A stretch of DNA of 63,017 nucleotides, counting the filler, from Lenisia limosa (Eukaryota > Protista > Breviatea): assembly GCA_001655205.1 (NCBI GenBank). It is 12 parts of 12 records of this genome, joined end to end, with 100 filler letters (N's around TTAATTAATTAA, not from the genome) between each part and the next. Parts side by side here need not be neighbours in the genome. Positions count along the whole stretch, not along the records: positions 49,429 to 56,098 come from LPNZ01009088.1; positions 56,199 to 59,237 come from LPNZ01010316.1; positions 59,338 to 60,385 come from LPNZ01000760.1; positions 60,486 to 63,017 come from LPNZ01010555.1; 8 more parts are not named here. One strand, 5' to 3'. Below are positions 49,561 to 60,650 of the stretch, one piece after another. Under the pieces are notes generated by a model. The model saw only the letters and a program-made list of their open reading frames with translations. It was not told the origin of the DNA and searched no databases. Position numbers and translations under genes: made by a program. How positions within the stretch are numbered: position 1 is the stretch's first letter; each line of letters starts with the position of its first letter.

Positions 49561-50952
49561 GGCATCCCCAAAGCCGAAGGTGGGGATGAGATCGTCGTCG
49601 TCAAAATCCTTCAGAGCGCTGCAGATGGTTGAAATGGCCGCCTAAGTGGTGTTAATGGGGGGGGGGGGGGGNNNNNNNNNNNNNNNNNNNNNNNNNNNNN
49701 NNNNNNNNNNNNNNNNNNNNNNNNNNNNNNNNNNNNNNNNNNNNNNNNNNNNNNNNNNNNNNNNNNNNNNNNNTGGTTTCAAGTTTTTACAAAGCCAATT
49801 AATTGGAGAAAGCGGTGTTAGTTATTATGAAATTGTGATGAGTTGTGGGGATAGTTAATAACAGCTGAAACATTTGTAGTTGGGGTTGTAGACCAAACGG
49901 TACCAAAAAAATGGAATTCCTATTCCCCTTAAATATTAGGATTAGCTGTCGCTTATTTAAATTAATTGTATAAAAAGGGGAACTTCGCTCACCTGGTACG
50001 GGTTGAGCACGGACGTATCCGGGTCTATGTAATGTAGGCTTTTTCCTCCGAAACTTTTCTGTCCGTTGTACATGTTGGACTTTGTGTAGTCAATGGCAAG
50101 CACCAAGTTCGAACCTTCAAGCCCTGATTTCCTGAAGAACATGAAAAGGAGCAGGTAAGACGTGTAAAGCCCCTTTCGACTTTTCAAAAGTGAACTCGAA
50201 AATATAGCCTATTTTCCACCCAAAGTAAATATCTTGGACAAAATCCAATAATTGAAAAGGTAGCCCCACCTGAGCCCCTCTGTCACTTCATCCATTGTTT
50301 TGTATTGGTCCGCAATAGCCATAAAGGCGTTTGCCTGCTTCGGTTGCCTGGTAGAGCTGAATAACATGAATTGGTAGACAGATATGTATATAAACTGGAA
50401 TAGCATTTAAAACAGAACACACGAAACCTCCAATAGAGGGAGCGGTCTGAAAATATGATCAATATCTCTTTTACAGGTGTGGATGGCTTCAGTCAGATGT
50501 AACCTCCACCCCATTTCTACATACAAAAGTCTTGACCAATATAATCAGATTTCCCACAGAAATATCCGTCAAGACGTATCACGGTTAGTATAAACTCCTG
50601 AAACACGGGGAAATAGAGAAATCCTTTTTGTCTAATTCCCAATGTTCATTATTCTTGCTGGGGAATATTCAATTGCATGAAACCAACAAACTCCAACAAA
50701 CAAAATTATGACATCATATTCATCGGAAAACGCTTATAACAAACAACACAAAAACTACAAAATTTTCACCTGTACATCACCACAGCCAACGCACCTCTCT
50801 CGGGACTTCCCTCCAGAGCAACAACAGCAAAGGAAGAGGGCGATAAAGGAGATCAGACAAATGATGATCATGAACTCATTGTCATCTTCGGTTAACAAAC
50901 TCGAAAAAAAGTCCACAATCTCAAAGACAAGCTCTTCGGCTTCTAACGTCAT
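49552..50952 (-). CDS. Copine-family vWA protein (RGLG-type, no C2 domains) with an N-terminal TM segment; 3' truncated
   Basis: MTLEAEELV...FMIIICLISFIALFLCCCCSGGKSRE-R-QPKQANAFMAIADQYKTMDEVTEGLR-KSGLEGSNLVLAIDYTKSNMYNGQKSFGGKSLHYIDPDTSVLNPYQ-AAISTICSALKDFDDDDLIPTFGFGDAFTT. Matches the RGLG/copine GLESSNL..GIDFTKSN and FDEDNLIP..GFGD motifs. Confidence 0.88.
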
Positions 50953-51338
50953 GATGACTTCAAGGACAGACGAATGTAACTTATAACTCCAATAGGAAAG
51001 GTGGAACTTATGAAACTATCTCTCGCGAATTCAGCACAACTTTTCCTTTTTTCTTCCTTTCTAACTAAGAGAGCAGAAAAAGGGCAGAGGGAGTGGGGGG
51101 GGAGGGGGAAAATGAAAAAAGATCACGTCATAAATAAAATTCCGGCACGGGAAAGCACGCCCTCCTTAGAACAGATTCGTGATTTGATTTAATTCCTCTT
51201 TCCCTCCATCCCCATCCTCATATCATTAATTAATTAAATAATTAATTATCCACTACTTATTCGGCAGATCAAGGAAATCGATCAAGCAGCAAGAGGCAAC
51301 CAAAACTGACAACACCATCACCATCTGACAAAAATATC

Positions 51339-54300
51339 ATGGTTTTCTTTCAGCAAGTGTCATCGCGCTCGTTCATACTTGACGTCGCCAACTCTCAACC
51401 CGTCTATAGTGAAGTACAATGCCTCACCCAGGCGCTGAACCAAGACTGCAGTATGAGGGGAGCAAATGGTCTTTTTTGAAATAGAGATCTTGTTTCTGTA
51501 TGAAGTTAATATATAATTATAAGCAAATGTGATTTGACATTGTTTTTATTTATATTGCTTTGTCACACATATCAATGAGTTGTTTTTGTTTGCTTTTTGC
51601 CCCTTGGGTGTCAGCAAAATATTCCGCTTGTTCTGTTTCTTCCGTTTACATTTCAAGAGCCAGTCGCTCTTCCCGAGTTTCAGCATTTCGTCAGTCAAAT
51701 GGAGGAAATTTCAGGAATTGAACTTGATAACTTGGTTGGTTGTGTTGCGTGATCTTTTGCCTCTTTCCTCTTTTCTTCTTACAGTTAAGATCCTCACTTA
51801 TGGAGGCAACGCCTTGACCTCGTCATCCCTAGTGAAGGCTTTCAATGAGGAGTCTTTCCCTGTATTCCGCTGCTTCGACAGTTCCAACATCAAATGTACT
51901 GAGGGGAAAAACAATTCTTTTGGCTTGTTTTTGAGCAACATTTCTTTCAAAACTCAAGGGCATCTTTTCAGGTCTTGTTCTAATCACCATTTCAGACACC
52001 CCCAGCCACCTTCAAAAACTGGCCCCCCAGTTTGGTTTCGCTGACAAACAAAAAGAAGGTCATACCCCCTCTCCCAAAAAACCTCCACCCCCTAATCAGA
52101 CTTCCAAGGTGAGAAGATTTGGTTTCAGATTTATAATTAAATTGTTCAAGAAGTGGGGGTTCAGTTTCTATTGTTCTTTATGATCCCTTTCTTTTCTCCC
52201 TTGCCAGTAGCACCTAAATCTGCCAATGACTCTATACAGGAACCCAGCAACCTGACTGTAGTGAACTTCCAGACAATGGCTAAGGGATCGTTCCAAGTTC
52301 ATGTAAGTTGTCTACTTTTTGATTACCCACAGATGGCCAGTATATCTGTGTAATCTATTGGTTCATGCACTTCAGCCCCAAAGGCTATTACAATAATTTC
52401 TGACTCATTAATATGGTTCACAAAGAAGACGTGCTTGTCATAACAATTTCATTTATATTACGAATAACTACTTATATTAATCAAGGATTTATAACCGTAA
52501 GGAAGTACTAAGAACAATACTTAACATTAATAGGAGGAATACATGGAATTCAAGAATTAGTCAGCATCTTCTAATTGCATTTCTAACACTTGCAAGATTG
52601 ACCCACATGAACCACTCTTCAAGGCGTGTCATACGGTCATCACTCAGAACGCTGAAGGTTTGTGGATAAAGGTCTCATAGATTGCTTGATTTGTTAATCT
52701 ATTTTAGTGATGTCATTTGTCCTTTGATATGACATGAGAAAAACAGATTCCCCCCCCCCNNNNNNNNNNNNNNNNNNNNNNNNNNNNNNNNNNNNNNNNN
52801 NNNNNNNNNNNNNNNNNNNNNNNNNNNNNNNNNNNTATCGTCAAGTCACATGGTACTGAAACTAATTTTGAGGTAAGTCTTGAGCGTCTATATTTTTAAA
52901 ACTACTCTCCATCTTCATTGCTTTAGGTTTCTGTAGAATCGCTCAAAGGTGAAACTATTTTCCTCCAGTTTCTGGAATCTGGTGACACCTCCAAAGAGAT
53001 TGAAACTAAAGCTGCGCAAGGCAACATGCTCTGTTTAATGCAGTGTACATCTGACCAAGCACAGCTCGATCGAGTAAGTGGATAGATCTGCTTCAATCCA
53101 CAGGCAAAGCTACTTTTACTTCCGGTCAATTTCACACTCAAGGTCTTGCGTGACTGTTCCTATGATGAAGTGTTGTTGAAGATTCTTAATACTGTGAAGA
53201 TTGATTTGGAATTTGTGAGTTGTTTCACTGATATTGTTCGTGACAAAAATAGGTCAAATTTGCCACAAACACCCGTGTTCACAATTTCATCATATTGAGC
53301 CATCCTGAGTTCGCCAAAAATACACTTGAGGTAAATGGATCATTATATGATATGTGTTTTATTGCTCATTGCTATTATTTTGGTTTCACCGGAGCCTAAG
53401 TATGTAAAGTATATTGATTAATAAGTCCACAAGTGTTTTATTGCTAATGTGTGTAGTTACTGAAAATGGTTCAGTATTTTGCGACTGAGAACCCCTTATC
53501 GGACAACTCCATGGTTCTCAAGGTCGTTGTTCAACTCTCCAATGTCCAGGTGAGTGTTTCTGATGTATTATTATGACAATTTACGCCAGTTATGCTTGCT
53601 TTTTTCTCTCACTCTTCAGCTCAATGAGACAATTTCAAATATCGCCTTTAACGCTTTAAAATGTGAAAATTACCGTTTTGTTTCCGACTTCATGAACACT
53701 GGCCTTCAAATGCATGACGAGAAATTACAAGTTTGTTTGCATTACATACATTTATATTTTAGGCGTTTTCAATTTCCGAGCAGTTTTGGACTTTGGTTCA
53801 GGACAAGATTGCTGAGTTTGCAAAGCTTGAAAAGCAATTTCTTTTCCAAGCGTATGCCTCAAGTAATGTTACTTTCGAATCAATGGTAGGACGCTCATTT
53901 TCCTTGTTTAAGTCTGGTATATAACCAACCCATAATAATACGCACGGGAGCACAAACACTTTTCTAATTTGCATTTCAATGCAATAAGGTCTCATATCCT
54001 CCTTAAAATTTATACATTTGTGCATAATTTTGATGGTGTGTAAATTGTCATTCTTTTTGATGAATCACTGAGTTTTGATGTTAGAAATATTTGTGACTTT
54101 TTAAGTGGAATTTGTACAAGGCAACCAAAGATGAGGCTTATGCAGAAGAAGTTATCCAGACGTCTTCGAGTAACTTCAAGGTAGGCTTCTCGCTTATTAT
54201 TCATGACATATTGTTAGTATATTGTTCCATTTGTGTAACCTTTTAGCCTGATCATCTTCTGCTTCATGACGCTGTCAAAAACAACCACCTTAATCTGGCT

Positions 54301-55950
54301 ATTCGCCTCTTGTCTTCCCTTAAAATGAATCCTAATCAGGTTGATTCGGTTAGTTTGCGAAATATTTGACACTTCAAACATATACTTGTTCATAAAGAGT
54401 CCGCAGTCACGGATAAACTTATCTCAAACCTGGTCGATAAATGAACTAAACTGAGCAGGCCGGAGTATGCCTCTTACCCTCCCATAATTGATAATATTAT
54501 TCTTGCAGCACCACAGGCATATTGAAGTTGTTCATACTTTCGAATGGTGTATTTTGTTTAATTAGCTCTCATTTCCCCAGGACGGTGTCACTCCCCTCCA
54601 CTTGGCTGCTCAGAAGGGACGTTCTAAGTGTTTCCAAGCTTTGATTAAAAGTGGCGCTGACGTAAATGCAAAAGAAGACGGAAAGGTGGGTTATCTGTTG
54701 GTTGACTGCATTTGTCGTCGAACTTACCTTGTGAATGTGAATTATTTACCCCTTCAGGCCAAGTGGACGCCACTTCACTTTGCTGCCAAGAATGGACATG
54801 TGGACTGTGCTCGCCTTTTGATTGAGGCTGGAGCTGACCGAAACGCCAGAACTGCGGTAATGGGAATTCACCCTTGATATATTAGGGACGGTTCCAAGGT
54901 TTTTATTGAAGTAAAAATACGGATTTTTCATTTTACCTTGTTTTGTTTTGTGTACTTTTTAGCCCCCCCCCCTCTCCGTTACAACTGGCCTTCCCTGACT
55001 CGTCATTGAACACTATAAGAACATCGAAGGGTTTAATTAAATACTACCACCACATAATACCACAGAAATTTTGAAGAAGGTTCATATACTCATTTCGAAT
55101 GATCCATTTTGAGTTTTGATTTGATTGCCTTCTTCCTCTGATTGTATTGCCTCAGAGCGGGAACACTGCCCTTCACGTGGCTGCTTGGGATGGACATCCG
55201 GAATGTCTCCAAGTTTTGACCCAACGTGGTGCTGACGTGAATGAAGAAAACAATGTTGGTTATCTGCTGACCACGAGTGAGCGGCAGATTCACTGCTTCA
55301 GGAAAACAGGACGCCACTTCACAGGGCTGCATCCAAGGGATTTACGGAATGTTGCAGGCTTTTGATTGAGGCTGGAGCTGACCTGAACGCCAGAACTAAT
55401 GTGGGACTTCAGCTTTTTTAACTGTTTTTTATTACTCAAGTAATAATACAGATTTGTCCTTTTTATTAAGTTTTTTTTTTGTTCTTAAACCCCATACCCG
55501 CTCCATCATAACAGCCTTGCCCTGACTGGTTAAAATAGACTATAATAACAACACAGCAGGGTATTCTTAATTTAGTATTACACCACAGTATCAGAAGAAA
55601 GTGGTGCATGTATATGATATATGAATGATATACTTTCGAATGGTCCATTTTGAGTTGATTGTATCCTTCCTCTGATTTTTTCATTTTATCAGAAAGGTGA
55701 AACTGCCCTTCACTCCGCTGTTTACAATGGACATTCGAAATGTGTCCAAGCTTTGATCCAAAGTGGCGCTGACGTAAATGCCAAAAAGGAGGTGGGTTAT
55801 CTGCTGACTGCCAGTCAAAATTGCTGAGTGAAACGCCTATTTACCCCTTAGAACAACGCGACGCCTCTTCACCATGCTTCCTACAGGGGACATCCCATGT
55901 GTTGCCGGCTTCTTATTGAGGCTGGAGCTGACCGGAATGCTAGAACTGAT
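51339..55950 (+). CDS. Ankyrin-repeat protein (>=7 repeats) with putative N-terminal ubiquitin-like domains; 3' truncated
   Basis: Ankyrin exons at 54247-54348, 54581-54685, 54758-54856, 55156-55254, 55302-55400, 55693-55791 and 55852-55950 (e.g. DGVTPLHLAAQKGRSKCFQALIKSGADVNAK). Upstream exons resemble ubiquitin, e.g. VSVESLKGETIFLQFLESGDTSKEIETKAAQ. The Ubl call and the start codon are less certain than the ankyrins. Confidence 0.85.
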
Positions 55951-56201
55951 GTGGGACTTCACCTGGGTTAAAATGAGGACTGATTTGTTAAAAATACGAA
56001 TTTTTCCTTTCCGTTTGGCATTAGGGCTTTGAGTGCGATGGTCATTTAACAATAAGTAATAAAAATTTTAAGAACAATATCCCATTCATGCAAGTATANN
56101 NNNNNNNNNNNNNNNNNNNNNNNNNNNNNNNNNNNNNNNNNNTTAATTAATTAANNNNNNNNNNNNNNNNNNNNNNNNNNNNNNNNNNNNNNNNNNNNCC
56201 C

Positions 56202-58770
56202 AGACTCCCCTTCTGTCTTTGGTGCGTCTCTTTGCGTCCGCGCACGATATTTTGCAAACCAGTCCGCCCAGCGATGATGTGAGCTTAGGATCAAATAATC
56301 TCATAGTGTATGTTTATCAGCAAATGACTCTATTACTATATATATAATACTAGATATGATTTGATATATATTGGTATGTTATGACAATATTTTAAACGTT
56401 TTGATTGCTTGTGTTCAATTTTCAAACCAGTTCTCGTAGTAATGACATTATCTTACTTATGCTCTAATCATCACCCCCCCCCCGGTCATTCCCTCCTTNN
56501 NNNNNNNNNNNNNNNNNNNNNNNNNNNNNNNNNNNNNNNNNNNNNNNNNNNNNNNNNNNNNNNNNNNNNNNNNNNNNNNNNNNNNNNNNNNNNNNNNNNN
56601 NNNNNNNNNNNNNNNNNNNNNNNNNNNNNNNNNNNNNNNNNNNNNNNNNNNNNNNNNNNNNTACTACGCAATGAAGGGCAGGCTTTCAAGGGTGGGGGGC
56701 GTAATATGTGTTAAGCTGGTACCTTGTTTAATCGGCCTAAATAGTGAGGGAAATAAAGGGGATGAATGGTGAGGTAGGTAGCAGGCTTAATTTGATGGTC
56801 TATATAATTTATAGAATACCGTCTTAAAGCAGGGTGTATATCAAGAAAATTGTCACAGATAGACGAAAAGTTTCGGTTAACGTCATCTTTTAACTACTTT
56901 TTACTAGAATTGAAAGAAGATTTTGCTCAGTATAATAATCACAACATTTACTCTCTTGCTTCCAAAACAACTGCTTTTATAGCAGTAAATAAAAATCACC
57001 CAGGTTACGCTCAGTTTTGGCTCTATTTGGGGTTTATCCGAGCCAGTTCCTGCTTGAATTCACTACACCCCCAGACCAATGCCGACGATTACGGCACCCC
57101 TGCGGACTTCCAGAGTCGAGCCGATCACATCGCTGACCTCGCCGTTCAGACCCAAAACAGAGCCGCGGAGCTGAAGGAACGCGTAGACGTGTCGGATAGG
57201 CGCGCGCGTGACGCAGCTATTACTAACGGCAAATGTGGGGCTGGGAGCGACTATAATGCAACTTATCATATATAAATAGTAAATCTGGGGGTGGGAGCGA
57301 CTAGAATTCATGTTGTACCTTATTTAGAATAAACGTGGGGCTGGGAGCGAATATTACAGGAATCAACTTTAACGTGAGAGTTGTTTTCTGGGTGTTTCTT
57401 AGAGGCTTGCTCGTGTTTCTGGAATTTCCTTATAAGAGTCAAAACTGTAATTTCAAGTCTTACACAATGCCTAAGTATCAGCATTTTCTTACAGACATCT
57501 TCGAGATAGGTGTTGCCGTTGTTTGCAGCGAAATAATGCAGTACAAAAAAAAATGAGTTTACAATTATTAAGATGACTTGACAAGCCATCGGCAAGCATA
57601 ACAATGAAGCACTGTATCGTTTCCAGCAACCTTAAGTGAATTTAACGATTTCGAACTTGGACCTACCTTATTATTTGGAGCAGTTTTGCCTATTCTTCTG
57701 GAAGTCTTGTGNNNNNNNNNNNNNNNNNNNNNNNNNNNNNNNNNNNNNNNNNNNNNNNNNNNNNNNNNNNNNNNNNNNNNNNNNNNNNNNNNNNNNNNNN
57801 NNNNNNNNNNNNNNNNNNNNNNNNNNNNNNNNNNNNNNNNNNNNNNNNNNNNNNNNNNNNNNNNNNNNNNNNNNNNNNNTTTCCGCTCTACACATTTGAT
57901 ATGTTGTATTTCCCTTATCAATATCTATACATTTGGTGTATTTTTCTCATTGGCCATAGTGATGGATCGCCTGCAGTATCTTCGGACCCTCTTCGATACG
58001 CGAAGTGACCCTTCCTTCGAGCACCTGCGCAAAAACAGGTTAGAATGAATGAGTTGTGGTCTCCGTGTTTGGTCAGGACTTTTGTCAGTATATTAAATAG
58101 AATATTTGTTAAACAAATCAATACTAACAACCTAGGGAAGGAGACCCGTTCCTGAAGAAGACCTATGTCGACTGTGTTGATCGCAATAATGGTTGGGGGT
58201 GGGGGGTAGTATTGGTGTGTAATTGGGATAATAGTGCTTTTTTGTATCACTACAATATACCTATTTCTGGTATCAATGATCCTTCCCCGCCCCCCAAGTT
58301 GTTCATATTTACCCCCTCCCTTCCCCAGAAGTTTCTGACAGACTGGCTGTTTTGAAGAANNNNNNNNNNNNNNNNNNNNNNNNNNNNNNNNNNNNNNNNN
58401 NNNNNNNNNNNNNNNNNNNNNNNNNNNNNNNNNNNNNNNNNNNNNNAATGAAGGGAAACCTCTTTGTATATAAAAGTAGCAATTATTTTCCATTTCCAAA
58501 GGTAGCAAAAAAATTCCATAATTAATAGTAATGTCGAAACAAAACTATTAAATTCGTTTCCAGAATTATCATTAGGGTTTCACTTCGGTTCAAAAAAAGT
58601 CCTCGAAGAAATGAAGCCCTAATTATTATAATTCTAAACAAGCTCGAAAATGACATAATCTCGAAAAAGAACCCTCAAACCCTCAACTAACGCTACTAGT
58701 CCAGCTATCAAGGAGGCAGGGAAGACTCTGGAGCAAAGAATGACCCAAACATCCGACCTGGCTCTAGTGG
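56202..58770 (+). CDS. Internal exons of a hypothetical protein
   Basis: Exons ELKEDFAQYNNHNIYSLASKTTAFIAVNKNHP, TNADDYGTPADFQSRADHIADLAVQTQNRAAELKERV..., VMDRLQYLRTLFDTRSDPSFEHLRKN and PAIKEAGKTLEQRMTQTSDLALV. YSLASKTTAFIAV weakly recalls VIT-vWA (VWA5A-like) proteins. Confidence 0.45.
58573..58621. mobile_element. MITE family A internal-deletion derivative (49 nt)
   Basis: TAGGGTTTCACTTCGGTTC...GAAATGAAGCCCTA. Confidence 0.65.
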
Positions 58771-59138
58771 TGGGTATGTATATTGTGCACATTAAGGGCA
58801 AAGGGGTAAGGATTTCTTTTTACTTTGTGGGGGGAAATACTAATGTCACTGTTATAAATGCAATACACCAGCATTACGAATAAAACGTAATGTACCCTCT
58901 CACAGAACACAGAAATTGAATATATCATATATATTATCATTAAAATTCATACTACAGGTTCAATTGAATGCATGGATACGAATGGGGCAATATTACCAGA
59001 CAGATATGAGTCATGTATGCATGAGCGTAAATTTACGCCCTCCCTCCCTTAGCATAAAAACCATCTCTTAGCACAAGTCTAGTCTCGCCTCACACACATA
59101 CAAAACCCAGCTTTAAAGATGTTAAGATTAAACCTTCA

Positions 59139-59203
59139 CCGTGACTGGATAAGTCTTGACTGATTTGCTCTGCCATTTCGACAAAGACCTATTCCGTCCA
59201 GTG
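59139..59203. mobile_element. MITE family B copy, decayed
   Basis: CGTGACTGGATAAGTCTTGACTGATTTGCTC...GACCTATTCCGTCCAGTG. Confidence 0.55.
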
Positions 59204-59337
59204 TACTTAACCATTTGTAATACCTCCCCCCCCCCCCNNNNNNNNNNNNNNNNNNNNNNNNNNNNNNNNNNNNNNNNNNNNTTAATTAATTAANNNNNNN
59301 NNNNNNNNNNNNNNNNNNNNNNNNNNNNNNNNNNNNN

Positions 59338-59397
59338 CCTCCAGTATCCACCCGACACACACCAATCCTTGCCCTCCAGTATCCACCCGACACACAC
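59338..59397. repeat. Short tandem duplication (CCTCCAGTATCCACCCGACACACAC x2)
   Basis: Direct reading; adjacent to the spacer. Confidence 0.7.
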
Positions 59398-59464
59398 TCC
59401 CCTTCACTATTAGACATTACTATCATGAAAACGATACATTCCTAAGTATACCATCCCCAATTAC

Positions 59465-59561
59465 TAGGGCTTCCCTATGGTCCGAAAAAGACCGGTAAAA
59501 TATCGATATATCAAGGATTTATCGAGAAATTCCGTCTTTTTGGGACCGTAGGGAAGCCCAA
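59465..59561. mobile_element. MITE family A copy
   Basis: TAGGGCTTCCCTATGGTCCGAAAAAGAC ... GTCTTTTTGGGACCGTAGGGAAGCCC. Confidence 0.85.
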
Positions 59562-59882
59562 GGTATACCGAAACCGATCGAACCGATAATCGACACTCCA
59601 CCCCCCAATTTTGTCAACTAATGTATGGTTGCAAAACACTGGAGCTCCGCGCAATTAATTGAAAAAATAATTGCAAAATTTGACATATTGTAAACTCAAC
59701 TTCAGACACTTTAATATCTAATTTTGTCAATTAATTTCTTCACATAATTAATTACGCGCAAGGGACCCTACAAAACACATATAGATATGCATCCGTCCCC
59801 CCAATGCATGGTTGAAAAACAAATCTGATAAAACTACCTCCACATACCACCATCATTTAAGTAGTCCCCCTATTCGCCCTAC

Positions 59883-60385
59883 CTGCTCGGTATTGATCGG
59901 CATGGGGCTCAGGTCGGCTCCATTCCTGTCAACATTGACGTGGGTGGAGAGCAATGTGGCTCCGTAGAGCACTTTTTCGGAGTAGTCCTGGTGTCTTCTG
60001 CGGAATCCTGGGGGAGAGGGAGTGAAAAATTGGAAAATTTACGAAACAAAAAGCCGAAATCAACTCTTGAAAAGAGTGAAATTTTTTTTTGTGAAAACGA
60101 AGGATTTCTGGTGAGGTGAAGTTGGAAAGTGGAAAACGAAGGAATCCTGGGGAAAGGGGGGTGAAAAGAAGAGTGAACAAAAGATAACCAAGAGGGATTC
60201 TGCGGGGGAATGAAAAATGAAGGATATTTTGATGAATAGACATCACTCTCCCCCTCCCCGCCCCCCATTTCCAACTAATCATATCAAGAACGTAAGTGCC
60301 CCCACCAAGATGATTATTGAGGTTCCTCGACCATGCTCCTTGAAGGGCGTCTAAGGGCACCATAAATGAGTCTTGATTCACTGGC
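59883..60385 (-). CDS. Two internal exons of a hypothetical protein
   Basis: PVNQDSFMVPLDALQGAWSRNLNNHL-G-FRRRHQDYSEKVLYGATLLSTHVNVDRNGADLSPMPINTEQ, joined by a phase-compatible GT-AG intron. Confidence 0.5.
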
Positions 60386-60550
60386 NNNNNNNNNNNNNNN
60401 NNNNNNNNNNNNNNNNNNNNNNNNNNNNNTTAATTAATTAANNNNNNNNNNNNNNNNNNNNNNNNNNNNNNNNNNNNNNNNNNNNGAATTCATGCTCATC
60501 TCCCAGACACACACGTAAATCAATCAATTAATAAAACATAAAAAAACAAA

Positions 60551-60650
60551 CCCACAATAATATGACTAAAACTCTCTCTGTCCACAATAATGTGACTAAA
60601 ACTCTCTCTGTCCACAATAATATGACTAAAACCCTCGTCCCACAATAATG
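60551..60650. repeat. Tandem repeat, 30-nt unit x~3.3, spanning a donor site
   Basis: CCACAATAATATGACTAAAACTCTCTCTGT repeated. Confidence 0.85.

Larger units (their letters stand above)
5032..60485. other. Eleven artificial 100-nt scaffold-joining spacers (N44-TTAATTAATTAA-N44); an assembly artefact
   Basis: Identical spacers at 5032-5131, 8933-9032, 13801-13900, 32226-32325, 34333-34432, 44916-45015, 46915-47014, 49329-49428, 56099-56198, 59238-59337 and 60386-60485. The palindromic core gives stops in all six frames. Genes are truncated at the joins (carrier 5' half missing at 5132; copine 3' part missing at 49428). Confidence 0.97.
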
